Positions 36,477 to 45,619 of a stretch of 61,180 nucleotides of DNA are shown in pieces. Each line of letters starts with the position of its first letter. Position 1 is the stretch's first letter. The position numbers and the translations under genes were made by a program. Source of the stretch: a virus (taxonomy: Duplodnaviria > Caudoviricetes). Under the pieces are notes generated by a model. The model saw only the letters and a program-made list of their open reading frames with translations, ran no database searches and was not told the DNA's origin. Location: positions 1-61,180 of the IMG/VR virus record IMGVR_UViG_3300043414_000203. One strand, given 5' to 3'.

Positions 36477-36682
36477 AGGCGTTTCCAAACGGAATAATTA
36501 CTAATGAAAAAGGTTTAATTGTTGGCGGTCAAACAGGCATGGACTTGCGGGATTACTTCGCAGCCAAAGCTATGCAAGCATTAGCTGATAAATACAATAG
36601 GGATGTTCTTGCAGTGATAGCCTACAAATGCGCAGATGAAATGATGAAAGCGAGGGAGGAAACTAAAAATGAAGCCACGTAA
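36473..36682 (+). CDS. Conserved phage protein (GMDLRDYFAAKAMQ family)
   Basis: Widespread motif; RBS GGGGAG. Confidence 0.75.
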   Translation: MKAFPNGIITNEKGLIVGGQTGMDLRDYFAAKAMQALADKYNRDVLAVIAYKCADEMMKAREETKNEAT

Positions 36683-36917
36683 TTACGTAGCTAGAGCGCA
36701 GCAGTCAGGCGCGGGCAGGCACAACAGTGGACATGCAGCTAGGTTAAAAGAACAGGCGAAGAGAGCGTTACTGCACGAAGTAGAAGCCCTCGAACAAAAC
36801 GACTTACATTCTCATTTCTTTGGGGTTCCTAACGAGCCAGTTCGTGAAATACGCAAACGCTTAGATCCAAAATTAATGTCGCATGAGATACGCGAAATAA
36901 ACAACGATAAGGACTAA
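36669..36917 (+). CDS. Hypothetical protein
   Basis: RBS GGAGG; KPRNYVA..GAGRH. Confidence 0.6.
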   Translation: MKPRNYVARAQQSGAGRHNSGHAARLKEQAKRALLHEVEALEQNDLHSHFFGVPNEPVREIRKRLDPKLMSHEIREINNDKD

Positions 36918-37026
36918 TCACAAAGTTACACAAAGTGACATTTGCCAATGAAACATCATGTCCGAAAGGAATATACAGATTTCGGACAAGGAAGAACCAG
37001 AATCCACACAAGCGAAAGGATAATCA

Positions 37027-38145
37027 ATGATCCAGTTCAATAGATACAAACTGCCAAATGAATCTTATGACTTCAACCTGTCGTTCATTGGGCTATGCAA
37101 TGCAATCATGGTTGAAATTAACGGCGACTGTCACAGATCAATTGGATTACTTATGTCCATGTCTGAGCGTTACCCTAGCAATGAACGGCTGGCAGCGGTG
37201 GCAGCGCGCCTGTACTTTTGGGGCAAGATTAGTTGGTCAGTCATTGAAAAAATGATTCCAGAGAAGCTTCCAAGTAACTTCCTGTACAAACAAGAGTTGG
37301 TAGGTTGTTTGGGGTTTGAGCAAGCATCCCGCAAATGGCGGATTACCGAGGACGATTGGGATTTGTATCAAGGTTTTACACACGATACACATTTTCAACA
37401 GCAGCAGGGAATCCAACAAGTTAGATACTGCCCACGCAATTCAGGATTCTTTTCGGTGGTAGAGAACATTGCAGCCGCTCAAATCTTGGCAGAGATGGAA
37501 GGCAAACAACTGTTAGTTGATTTAAACGGCAACTGGTGGGGATACAAAGAACCATTTGAAGAGATCTTTAATGAGTCATTTATGTTCACACGACTTACTA
37601 ATGTTCCAGAGATGTCATTTGATTATGTCAGAAACGCATGGTCGGATCCGACAGATGAAATAGCATCGTACTTAGCTGATATGAAACTGTGGTTATACAC
37701 CGCAATTATTGATGACATTAGCAAGTTTGCACCATCCGTTCCTTGCGTTGATTCATCTGGCGTGATGTTTGTCAGAGGCGGTGACAAGTTGCAGACTGAG
37801 ACCATCCTACCCCCGATGGGATTGATACAACGAGAGCTGCGGTGGATGAGCCGTCGTTGCGAGGAGCGTTACATTTTGTCTGATGACAAAGACTTGGGTG
37901 AAAGATATGCTGCATTAGATGCGTTTGCGATAAACAACAGCGATCAAATTGAAGGTGGTTATTATCACAAATTCGGTCAGAAGATAAGCTGTCTGCCTAT
38001 TCTTAAAAACTTTATGTACATGGTGGAAGCAAAAGAAAACTTTTCTTGCCCGTCATCAAACATTGTCAACGCCGCGAACTGGAGCAGGAACGATGGCCAG
38101 AATTACAGCCTATCTAATCCAGTCTATCGGTATCTTTTAATTTAG
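37027..38145 (+). CDS. Putative fucosyltransferase-like (NodZ/GT23-type) protein with N-terminal extension
   Basis: SGFFS, VRGGDK (cf. HVRRGDK), YILSDD, SSN motifs. Confidence 0.55.
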   Translation: MIQFNRYKLPNESYDFNLSFIGLCNAIMVEINGDCHRSIGLLMSMSERYPSNERLAAVAARLYFWGKISWSVIEKMIPEKLPSNFLYKQELVGCLGFEQASRKWRITEDDWDLYQGFTHDTHFQQQQGIQQVRYCPRNSGFFSVVENIAAAQILAEMEGKQLLVDLNGNWWGYKEPFEEIFNESFMFTRLTNVPEMSFDYVRNAWSDPTDEIASYLADMKLWLYTAIIDDISKFAPSVPCVDSSGVMFVRGGDKLQTETILPPMGLIQRELRWMSRRCEERYILSDDKDLGERYAALDAFAINNSDQIEGGYYHKFGQKISCLPILKNFMYMVEAKENFSCPSSNIVNAANWSRNDGQNYSLSNPVYRYLLI

Positions 38146-38152
38146 GTGTGGC

Positions 38153-38269
38153 ATGGAAACTTTTGAATTGCTTACGTTGTTGGGTGGCATCATGATTGGT
38201 CTTGGTGTCTGTTTACTTTTACTTGCGGCAGCAGCCGCTTATTTCTTAGGGGAATTTGATGAATCTTAA
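38153..38269 (+). CDS. Small membrane peptide (38 aa)
   Basis: Manual translation METFELLTLLGGIMIGLGVCLLLLAAAAAYFLGEFDES*. Confidence 0.5.
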   Translation: METFELLTLLGGIMIGLGVCLLLLAAAAAYFLGEFDES

Positions 38270-39059
38270 TCTTGATAAAATTAAAATCGACGGCGGCACA
38301 CAAAGCCGTGCAAAGATAGATCAAGATGTTGTAGCAGAGTATGCTGATTTAATTAAAAGCGGCACAATCTTTCCACCCATCATAGTCTTTTATGATGGCG
38401 TGGATTACATCTTGGCTGATGGTTTCCATCGTTACTTTGCCAATCGTAAAGCAGGCACACCGAACTGCGAAGTGCAGTTGCATGAAGGTACTTTGCGCGA
38501 TGCAATTCTGTTTAGCTTCTCTGCCAATCATTCACATGGCCTGCGCCGCACGACAGCAGACAAACGCAAAGCAGTGACGGCAATGCTAGAAGATATCGAA
38601 TGGCAGGATTGGAGTGACCGAGAGATAGCCAAGCATTGTAATGTCAGCCCGATGTTGGTTGGTACTATCCGCAAAGAGTTGGGTGCAACAAAAAAAGAAA
38701 CAACGTACACCCGCGATGGCAAGCAGCAAACAATGAGGCAAAAAGCTGATAACAAAAAGCAAGACGAAAAGTTTGACGAAGCAGCACTAGCAGCAGAAAT
38801 GCAAAAAGCAGCGGCAGATACTTTACAGAAAGAGAATGAGGATTTGCAGGATAAGCTGACTGTAGCAATGGCCTCTGGCACTGATGATGTTGAGAAAGAA
38901 AAAGCACAGTCAATCATCAAAGATTTACGCGCACAGATCAGGCTGTTGGAGATAGAATTAAAAGCTGTCACCACTTCGCGTGACCAATTCCAAAGAGAGA
39001 ATGCACAGCTCATGAAGCAGGTAGCTATGCAACAAAAGAGTCTAAAAAAATTAGCTTAA
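38259..39059 (+). CDS. ParB/Srx N-terminal domain protein with HTH and coiled coil
   Basis: FPPIIVF..LADGFHRY..ANHSHGL, WSDREIAKHCNVS. Confidence 0.8.
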   Translation: MNLNLDKIKIDGGTQSRAKIDQDVVAEYADLIKSGTIFPPIIVFYDGVDYILADGFHRYFANRKAGTPNCEVQLHEGTLRDAILFSFSANHSHGLRRTTADKRKAVTAMLEDIEWQDWSDREIAKHCNVSPMLVGTIRKELGATKKETTYTRDGKQQTMRQKADNKKQDEKFDEAALAAEMQKAAADTLQKENEDLQDKLTVAMASGTDDVEKEKAQSIIKDLRAQIRLLEIELKAVTTSRDQFQRENAQLMKQVAMQQKSLKKLA

Positions 39060-39103
39060 TCAAACCCAAGCCAGCGGGTTAGTGCTGGCAGCGAGAGGGA
39101 TCA

Positions 39104-40579
39104 ATGGCATTAAATTTACGCTCTTATCAGGAGCAAACATTAGTAGCTTTGCGTGAAGGATTTGCAAAGGGTAGGAAGGCACAGATACTTTATGCCCCTA
39201 CAGGTGCAGGCAAAACTGAGATGGCTATCGCTCTGATGGCTGCGACACAAACCAAAGGCAACAAAGCGGCGATGTTATTAGACCGCGTGGTTCTTTGCGA
39301 CCAGACTAGTAAACGATTAGAGAAGTACGACATAGCGCATGGTGTTATGCAGGCAGGTCACTGGAGATACAGACCATACGAAAACATTCAAGTATGTTCA
39401 GCTCAAACGCTTGAGCGGCGCGGTTCATTTCCAGGATTGAATCTTCTGATCGTTGACGAGTGTCACCAAACCCGCGAGCAGACAGTCCAGTTCATTAAAG
39501 ACAATCCCAATGTGAGAGTAATAGGTCTGACTGCTACTCCGTTTACGAAGGGTTTGGGCAAGATATACGACAACGTAGTGTCTGTTGTTACCACTAAACA
39601 ACTGGTAGATGACAAGGTGTTGGTTCCTCTGCGCGTGTTCATAGCCAAAGAGATCAACATGGAAGGCGCTAAGAAGATTGGCGGCGAGTGGTCAACGGAA
39701 GAAACAACCAAGCGCGGCATGGTAATCACAGGCGATGTGGTAGCAGAGTGGGTAAAGAAAACCCACGAGATATTCGGGCGGCCTCGCAAGACGATTGTCT
39801 TTGCATCAGGCGTAGAGCATGGCGTTCACCTCGCCCGCAAGTTCCAAGAGCAGGGACATAACTTTATCTGCATATCGTACAAAGATGATGACGAATGGAA
39901 GAAGCAGGTTATCGAGGACTTTAGCAAGCCTGATACGCAGATCACTGGCTTGATTGCTACTGACATATTGACCAAAGGGTTCGATGTGTCGGACGTAATG
40001 ATCGGCGTATCTGCTAGACCGTTTAGTAAATCCTTGTCATCGCACATTCAGCAAATGGGCAGAGTTATGCGCGGGCATGATGATAAAGAATTTGCGGTGT
40101 GGCTAGACCATTCAGGTAACTATCTCAGGTTCAGGGAAGATTGGGATCAAGTCTTTGAGGAAGGCGTAGATACTCTGGACGAGGGCAAAGAGAAGGCCAA
40201 GAAGGAACCAACGGATAAGTTAAAGGAGCAGAGCAAGTGTCCTAAGTGTTCAGCTCTGTGGCCTACGGGGTCGGATACTTGCTACAACTGTGGTCATGTC
40301 AAAGAGAAGAAGAACAAGGTGTTCTCTCTTGACGGCGAGATGGTCGAGTTGACTGGAAACATTTCCAAAGACAGTAAGCAGGAGTTCTGGAGTCAGTTGG
40401 TCTGGTATATGCGCGTCCAGGGGTGGTCTAAAGGTAGGGCGGCTAACACATACAAGGATAAGTTCGGCGTCTGGCCTCGCGGGTTGCGGGATGATACTCC
40501 TGCCATGCCAAGTGATGATACGAGAAAGTTTATAGACAAGAAGTTAAAACAGTTCTTGCGTAGTGTGGGGAAAAGATAA
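39104..40579 (+). CDS. Superfamily II DNA helicase with C-terminal zinc ribbon
   Basis: APTGAGKT, DECH, GLTATP, QQMGRVMR, CPKC..CYNC. Confidence 0.9.
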   Translation: MALNLRSYQEQTLVALREGFAKGRKAQILYAPTGAGKTEMAIALMAATQTKGNKAAMLLDRVVLCDQTSKRLEKYDIAHGVMQAGHWRYRPYENIQVCSAQTLERRGSFPGLNLLIVDECHQTREQTVQFIKDNPNVRVIGLTATPFTKGLGKIYDNVVSVVTTKQLVDDKVLVPLRVFIAKEINMEGAKKIGGEWSTEETTKRGMVITGDVVAEWVKKTHEIFGRPRKTIVFASGVEHGVHLARKFQEQGHNFICISYKDDDEWKKQVIEDFSKPDTQITGLIATDILTKGFDVSDVMIGVSARPFSKSLSSHIQQMGRVMRGHDDKEFAVWLDHSGNYLRFREDWDQVFEEGVDTLDEGKEKAKKEPTDKLKEQSKCPKCSALWPTGSDTCYNCGHVKEKKNKVFSLDGEMVELTGNISKDSKQEFWSQLVWYMRVQGWSKGRAANTYKDKFGVWPRGLRDDTPAMPSDDTRKFIDKKLKQFLRSVGKR

Positions 40580-41424
40580 TGGACTTCATTCAATTCGCCC
40601 GCAGTCATGGCATCCTTATCGACAATCTGCCGCCGCTTGGCGTGTGGAAACGGTTTCCAACAGAAGATCATCCACGTTCTAAGAACGGCGCGGTGAAGTA
40701 TATGGGTGACGTTGGTTTCATTCAGAATCATGCGACAAGCACAGTCGTATCTATATGGAAGCCTGACTCTCGCAATGTAACTATAGATCGTTCGTCTGCT
40801 CTTATATCAATCAAGAAGGCAGAGGACGAGCAGAAGAAGAAGCAGCATACAGCCATGCAGCGCGCCGTCGGAATGCTTAACGGTAGCGGCATGAGTACGC
40901 ATCCGTACCTTGAAGCTAAAGGATTTAAGGACGAGCAGGGAAATGTACTGTGGCAGGACGGCAAGCCTGTTCTTCTGATCCCAATGAGGGTGGCAGGTAA
41001 CTTGGTCGGCTTGCAGCAGATCGACGAGGGCGGCGGCAAGAAGTTCTTGTACGGTCAGCGTACAACTGGCGCGGTGTTCACGTTTGATAACAAGGGTATG
41101 AATGTACTGTGCGAGGGCTACGCTACTGCTCTGTCTGTTCGTCTGGCCTTCAAACAAATGAAACAACGGTACACGCTGCACGTTTGCTTTAGCGCAGGGA
41201 ACATGGCGAAGGTGGCGGCAGGGCTTGAGGCTGGGCTTCTGATCGCAGATAACGACGCCTCTGGTACAGGGCAGCGCGTGGCAGAAGAAAGCGGCTGGAA
41301 GTATTGGCTGTCTGATCGTGTCGGCGAGGACGCTAACGACTTTCATCAACGGGTTGGACTGTTTCAGTTTACGCAAAGCCTGACCCGCTCAATGCAGAAT
41401 GTCGGTGCGGTTCGGCATACCTAA
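40579..41424 (+). CDS. TOPRIM-domain primase
   Basis: HPYL..KG, CEGYATA, IADND, DANDF. Confidence 0.85.
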   Translation: MDFIQFARSHGILIDNLPPLGVWKRFPTEDHPRSKNGAVKYMGDVGFIQNHATSTVVSIWKPDSRNVTIDRSSALISIKKAEDEQKKKQHTAMQRAVGMLNGSGMSTHPYLEAKGFKDEQGNVLWQDGKPVLLIPMRVAGNLVGLQQIDEGGGKKFLYGQRTTGAVFTFDNKGMNVLCEGYATALSVRLAFKQMKQRYTLHVCFSAGNMAKVAAGLEAGLLIADNDASGTGQRVAEESGWKYWLSDRVGEDANDFHQRVGLFQFTQSLTRSMQNVGAVRHT

Positions 41425-41592
41425 CATTAGTGCGCCGTTGGTAAGGGGGGCGATAGCACTAAGTGATTGCATGATCTCTATTCCTAGATTCAGGCATCTC
41501 TCGCCCTCTCCAGACCAGTCGGAAACAACCCGCACGTTCCCATCCTCATCTTCTAAAATGTGGATGGAAAACGTGGCGGGGTGGTTATTCAT
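41389..41592 (-). CDS. Hypothetical protein (end of mini-gene array)
   Basis: Coupled to upstream array gene. Confidence 0.55.
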   Translation of the reverse strand: MNNHPATFSIHILEDEDGNVRVVSDWSGEGERCLNLGIEIMQSLSAIAPLTNGALMLGMPNRTDILH

Positions 41593-41794
41593 GAGCAGAG
41601 TTTAACTCATGGTCGAAAGCATACGTTGACGCTACTGGTTCGGTATAAACCTTTTTTTCCATTTCTTTTTTATCGTAAACGTCTAACAGTATTCCCTCTC
41701 CTGTTGTAATAATTTGGATAGCAAACCCGCGAACATCAATCCAGATTGCGCCCTCGTCATCCATTTTGTAGTGCCCATCATGTAATGTTTTCAC
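41585..41794 (-). CDS. Array mini-gene (69 aa)
   Basis: Leader AGGAGATCAGACG-GTG. Confidence 0.75.
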   Translation of the reverse strand: MKTLHDGHYKMDDEGAIWIDVRGFAIQIITTGEGILLDVYDKKEMEKKVYTEPVASTYAFDHELNSAHE

Positions 41795-41805
41795 CGTCTG
41801 ATCTC

Positions 41806-41982
41806 CTATATAGATTTAAAGTAATGAATCCATGCGTTGATTGTTTCTGTATCGAACCAATCTTCCTTGCGTATCATTAACTGCAAAACCTGTCGCGCTT
41901 CGTCATTGGTCAGGCTGTTGTCAATCTCTTGAATGTCAGTAAAATGTAATCCGATGGTTATTTCATCTGGTAATTGTGTCAT
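41806..41982 (-). CDS. Array mini-gene (58 aa)
   Basis: Manual translation MTQLPDEITIG...HYFKSI*; stop overlaps next leader. Confidence 0.8.
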   Translation of the reverse strand: MTQLPDEITIGLHFTDIQEIDNSLTNDEARQVLQLMIRKEDWFDTETINAWIHYFKSI

Positions 41983-41993
41983 CGTCTGATCTC

Positions 41994-42167
41994 CTAGTTG
42001 TCAGTAACTTCAAGTTCTTCTTGTAACCAAGCCATAGCGGTGCATATATCGCTCCACTCGGCATCGTAGTCTGCATCTCCTTCAGGTATGCAGTTATCGC
42101 GGTATTTAAACAGCGCGTCCCAAATGGTTTCCATCCATGTATCTTTGTCATTCGCTCTAAGTATCAT
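41994..42167 (-). CDS. Array mini-gene (57 aa, acidic)
   Basis: Manual translation MILRANDKDTW...WSDICTAMAWLQEELEVTDN*. Confidence 0.8.
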   Translation of the reverse strand: MILRANDKDTWMETIWDALFKYRDNCIPEGDADYDAEWSDICTAMAWLQEELEVTDN

Positions 42168-42178
42168 CGTCTAATCTC

Positions 42179-42478
42179 CTATTCAGTTTCATCTATTTGC
42201 ATCTTTGATATTGCATCCGCGCAATTCTGCCCATCGCCGTCGGTTCCAATGTTCTCGCAAACTAAATAACATCTATCACGCTCAAACCGAATGGCATCGC
42301 GCCATACGTTGTAACAATCCGTCAGCGTTGTGTAGTATTCGCCATACTTACCTGCGTAAAATGAATCATCATCGCCAGTTTCCATAAAAGCGGTTGTTGC
42401 GTCGGTAGGTATTCCGTTGTTGTCCATCGCGGCTATGAAAGCCTGTTGGAAGCTGCTTTGTAGTGTTGTGTCGTTCAT
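42179..42478 (-). CDS. Array mini-gene (99 aa)
   Basis: Leader AGGAGATCAGAAGATG. Confidence 0.8.
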   Translation of the reverse strand: MNDTTLQSSFQQAFIAAMDNNGIPTDATTAFMETGDDDSFYAGKYGEYYTTLTDCYNVWRDAIRFERDRCYLVCENIGTDGDGQNCADAISKMQIDETE

Positions 42479-42489
42479 CTTCTGATCTC

Positions 42490-42666
42490 CTATTCATTCC
42501 AAAAATTAAATAGTGCCGAACATTCAGAGCACACTTCCACCGAGTAATCATCGCGTGACTCCAGTAAGTCGGTGCGTGCGCCGTCGAACGGACAGGCGTT
42601 GTAATGATCTTCTGAAACTAGCAAATCAATTGGCTGTTTAAATTTCTGCCGATCTAGCTTATTCAT
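42490..42666 (-). CDS. Array mini-gene (58 aa, zinc-ribbon-like)
   Basis: Manual translation with CPFD...CSEC. Confidence 0.75.
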   Translation of the reverse strand: MNKLDRQKFKQPIDLLVSEDHYNACPFDGARTDLLESRDDYSVEVCSECSALFNFWNE

Positions 42667-42680
42667 AATTGTCTGATCTC

Positions 42681-42815
42681 CTATTCAAACCAATCAATAA
42701 TTACCCGCTTAACACTAGACTCACTTATCCCTAGTATCTCGCTCACCTTGTGCGTGTTTTGCTTAACGCGATATAACTCGCATATTTTTAGTATTAAGGC
42801 TGCATCTGTAATCAT
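42681..42815 (-). CDS. Array mini-gene (44 aa, HTH-like)
   Basis: THKVSEILGISESSVKRVI helix-turn-helix pattern. Confidence 0.75.
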   Translation of the reverse strand: MITDAALILKICELYRVKQNTHKVSEILGISESSVKRVIIDWFE

Positions 42816-42827
42816 CGTCTAATCTCC

Positions 42828-43262
42828 TTACCAACTAGCGCAATATTCAAATTCCCAAGTGTCGTCTAACTCTGCGAGCAGGGTTTCGATCTCGGCGGCG
42901 GTGCGTCTGATGTCATGCCAATAGTCATCATTGACTTCTGCGCTACCAAAAAAGAATCCTTCCTGCGGCGGTAGTACGGTGCTGTCCTTCTGATCTAATG
43001 CTTTTCTACAATCTGCTAACAACATTTCCAATTGCTCTTTACTCACATAATGCGGCTTACATTCATCCAAACCATCTTGCACATTGTCCACAAACCAACT
43101 ATGAATCTGGTTTGCTTTACGCCAGTACATTGCTTCGATTGAAACTTCTTTAACTCTGCGCTGTACGTTTATTTTTTCCTGAATTTCTTTTGCAACTTGT
43201 GTGTCTCCATCGTTAAAACTCCACAAGTATTTTTTAGCGGATAAGTACATATCTAAACCCAT
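42828..43262 (-). CDS. Conserved phage protein (MGLDMY..YWRKANQIH family)
   Basis: Widespread motif incl. GFFFGS and YxASW end. Confidence 0.85.
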   Translation of the reverse strand: MGLDMYLSAKKYLWSFNDGDTQVAKEIQEKINVQRRVKEVSIEAMYWRKANQIHSWFVDNVQDGLDECKPHYVSKEQLEMLLADCRKALDQKDSTVLPPQEGFFFGSAEVNDDYWHDIRRTAAEIETLLAELDDTWEFEYCASW

Positions 43263-43273
43263 GATTTAATCTC

Positions 43274-43513
43274 CTATCGAAATTGGCTGCAATGAATTGC
43301 TTTATCTAAAATAACGTCACCATCGGCGGTAAATGCTTCCAAATAAACGTGGTCATTTTCTAACCTAAGTCGAACATAACCACCAAAATGGTCGTGGTCT
43401 TTTGCATCATCAAATGAAAGCAATACGCATTGACTCTCGCCGTTGTCGTGCGTATCTAGTACAGGCGTTAATCCTGCTTGTTCTGCAAATACTTCTATTG
43501 GTTCGTAAATCAT
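43274..43513 (-). CDS. Array mini-gene (79 aa)
   Basis: Exact leader fixes start at 43513 (MIYEPIEV). Confidence 0.8.
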   Translation of the reverse strand: MIYEPIEVFAEQAGLTPVLDTHDNGESQCVLLSFDDAKDHDHFGGYVRLRLENDHVYLEAFTADGDVILDKAIHCSQFR

Positions 43514-43524
43514 CGTCTGATCTC

Positions 43525-43710
43525 CTAGAATGTTGGTGTATGAATTACTTGCTGCATTTCGCTGTTTACTGGTTTTTCGCACAGCATTACCGTTACTTCG
43601 TAACTTTTTTTAGCTTTAAATATTTTTGCTGCTGCTTCCTGTGCATCAAATGAACGTAATGCGTACACTTCGCAGGTTTTACCTTTATAAAAACATTTGT
43701 ATCCAAACAT
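43525..43710 (-). CDS. Array mini-gene (61 aa)
   Basis: Variant leader AGGAGATGAGTGATG. Confidence 0.8.
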   Translation of the reverse strand: MFGYKCFYKGKTCEVYALRSFDAQEAAAKIFKAKKSYEVTVMLCEKPVNSEMQQVIHTPTF

Positions 43711-43907
43711 CACTCATCTCCTATTATTAAATCAGGCATATATTTCGACACTTCATTTAATAAATCTGCGTCACCTAACTTTTCTAATTTTTCCCATAGC
43801 ACCTCTGCGGCATATTGCTGCAATGTTTTCGTGTCCATACCATCGACTAAATTGTCAACATACGTTTCAATAATTTCTAATCTCGTCATTATTTGTTTTG
43901 TTTTCAT
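43710..43907 (-). CDS. Array mini-gene (65 aa)
   Basis: Leader AGGAGATCAGACTATG. Confidence 0.8.
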   Translation of the reverse strand: MKTKQIMTRLEIIETYVDNLVDGMDTKTLQQYAAEVLWEKLEKLGDADLLNEVSKYMPDLIIGDE

Positions 43908-43918
43908 AGTCTGATCTC

Positions 43919-44101
43919 CTATATGCCAGCTAAGTGTTTTGCTTTAACGACTGCGTGAGCAAGCGTTTGAAAGCGCATTAACAGGCATACACGTTCGTCT
44001 GCGTCTGTATCAAACAGCGCGACGTTAAAACCTTTGTCCGTCTGATAAATGCGTGATTCGATGCCGTATTCTGCGTTTGGGTAGGTTGCTATTTGTTTCA
44101 T
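43919..44101 (-). CDS. Array mini-gene (60 aa)
   Basis: Leader AGGAAATCAGACGATG. Confidence 0.8.
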   Translation of the reverse strand: MKQIATYPNAEYGIESRIYQTDKGFNVALFDTDADERVCLLMRFQTLAHAVVKAKHLAGI

Positions 44102-44113
44102 CGTCTGATTTCC

Positions 44114-44281
44114 TTATTGTTGGCACTCGGCACATACGCCGCTCATCTCAGGGTTTTCGCGTACCCATCGCAGGGCGGCTGACTTGGTATCAAATCTCTG
44201 CCAGTTGAAATAACCGCCTTGTCCATCTGCGACCATCTCAAAGCATTTAATCCATCCGTACTCGTTAAAGATAAGTTTCAT
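44114..44281 (-). CDS. Array mini-gene (55 aa)
   Basis: Manual translation MKLIFNEYGW...CAECQQ*. Confidence 0.75.
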   Translation of the reverse strand: MKLIFNEYGWIKCFEMVADGQGGYFNWQRFDTKSAALRWVRENPEMSGVCAECQQ

Positions 44282-44293
44282 CGTCTGATCTTC

Positions 44294-44461
44294 TTATAAG
44301 TCGGTGTCATCTTCGGCTAGTTCTGGTTCACTAGCGATTAACGATACTAGGTCATTGTCTAAGCTGAAGTGGTATTGGACTTCACCTGCTAAATGCTCGG
44401 CGGCTTCTTCTGGTGTATTGCCGCGAACAAAAACGGTACAGTCAAATCGGTATAAGTTCAT
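44294..44461 (-). CDS. Array mini-gene (55 aa, acidic)
   Basis: Manual translation MNLYRFDCTVFVRGNTPEEAA... Confidence 0.8.
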   Translation of the reverse strand: MNLYRFDCTVFVRGNTPEEAAEHLAGEVQYHFSLDNDLVSLIASEPELAEDDTDL

Positions 44462-44475
44462 CGTCTGATCTCCTA

Positions 44476-44604
44476 TTAATATGAATCAAATAAATCTGAC
44501 AAAATTTCGTACAGCACGTTTGCCTGTAATCCTGTGATTACAAGTAAATCTGCCCATGTAAGTTTTCCTTCAATAAAGTTTTCGCGTATCTGTTCGTTGG
44601 TCAT
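44476..44604 (-). CDS. Array mini-gene (42 aa)
   Basis: Manual translation MTNEQIRENF..LTWADLLVITGL; exact leader. Confidence 0.75.
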   Translation of the reverse strand: MTNEQIRENFIEGKLTWADLLVITGLQANVLYEILSDLFDSY

Positions 44605-44630
44605 CGTCTGATCTCCTGTTGTAATAGGTT

Positions 44631-44658
44631 ACATTAAAACTGTCTATTGCATTGTCAA
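44631..44658 (-). promoter_or_regulatory. Internal array promoter
   Basis: TTGACA-N16-TAATGT; a second TTGACA 22 bp upstream (ATTGTCAAGC direct repeat). Confidence 0.6.
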
Positions 44659-44685
44659 GCCTGACTCAGTTAATTGTCAAGCGTT

Positions 44686-44838
44686 TTATACCGTCTGATT
44701 TCCTAATCGTTTTAGCGCGGCGTAGTGCAGCAAAACATGGGTGCGCGTCATGTATTTACTCGGGTTTTCTGCGCTGCGTCTGATCTCGTCTGGAGTAAAC
44801 AAGCGCAAAACAGCGTCTAAGTATTGGCGGCGTTGCAT
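44686..44838 (-). CDS. Array mini-gene (50 aa, basic)
   Basis: Manual translation MQRRQYLDAVLRLF...; leader AGGAGATTAGACCATG. Confidence 0.7.
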   Translation of the reverse strand: MQRRQYLDAVLRLFTPDEIRRSAENPSKYMTRTHVLLHYAALKRLGNQTV

Positions 44839-44852
44839 GGTCTAATCTCCTG

Positions 44853-45140
44853 TTAAAACAGCGTTATGGTGGTGTCAACCTGCGGGTTAGCGGATTGAAT
44901 TGTCAGCGTGAAATAGTCGGCGGCGGTGCTATCCTGCGGCGGTTTTGTTATCGGCTCGAATTGTCCGGCTTCGCCGTTCCAGAAAAAATCAGGGTCGGCG
45001 GTGACTTTCAATTGCTTCGCGGCGGCGAGGGCATCGGCGGCGGTTTCCTTATCGGTGCAAATTGTTTGCTCTTGGCATATCACTCGCCACAATCCGCGAC
45101 TGGTGGAAAGATAACAGCGCGGGGTCTTAATTGGTTGCAT
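44853..45140 (-). CDS. Array mini-gene (95 aa)
   Basis: Leader AGGAATTAGACCATG. Confidence 0.75.
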   Translation of the reverse strand: MQPIKTPRCYLSTSRGLWRVICQEQTICTDKETAADALAAAKQLKVTADPDFFWNGEAGQFEPITKPPQDSTAADYFTLTIQSANPQVDTTITLF

Positions 45141-45411
45141 GGTCTAATTCCTTGTTAGTAAAGTACAGTCTGCAGGTATAGCAGTCCGCATGTAATCCGC
45201 TAACTTCATCAACTGCGAATTGTGTTTCCTGTCTGCCATAATGTGCGTCCGTAAAATCAAGCGTGGCATCTGGCAGCTTCCAGTAGTCGCGCATAAATGC
45301 GTTTAGGTCGGCGGCTTCGCGGTCATCCAGTCCAGAATAGTCGGCGTTGAAAAGCGCGGGTAAGTAGTGCGCGGCAAGTGTCAGTTCGTAATAGTCATTA
45401 AGTAGTGGCAT
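45127..45411 (-). CDS. Array mini-gene (94 aa; YLPALFNADYSGL family)
   Basis: Leader GGAGCTTAGACCATG. Confidence 0.8.
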   Translation of the reverse strand: MPLLNDYYELTLAAHYLPALFNADYSGLDDREAADLNAFMRDYWKLPDATLDFTDAHYGRQETQFAVDEVSGLHADCYTCRLYFTNKELDHATN

Positions 45412-45414
45412 GGT

Positions 45415-45615
45415 CTAAGCTCCGGCTAGGTGCGCGAAAGTGCGCGGGGTTGATTGCTCGATCTCGATTGAATAACCGAGAGCGCGGATAGTGTCTAGCG
45501 CGTGGCGCGTCAGCGTCTTAGTTCCTGCCAACTTCGCAAGTAGGCGGCTAGAATCGCATGATGGGTAAGCGGTTTCTATTCCGTAATTTTTCTCGATTTT
45601 AATTGTGATTATCAT
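45415..45615 (-). CDS. Array mini-gene (66 aa)
   Basis: NYG..YP..LAGTKTLT..LGY, recurring phage family. Confidence 0.75.
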   Translation of the reverse strand: MIITIKIEKNYGIETAYPSCDSSRLLAKLAGTKTLTRHALDTIRALGYSIEIEQSTPRTFAHLAGA

Positions 45616-45619
45616 TTTA

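Noticed and set aside
41963-42151. ORF-track 62-aa ORF (also 42369..42551)
   Set aside because: Wrong frame; leader-defined ORFs 41994..42167 and 42490..42666 fit the array exactly
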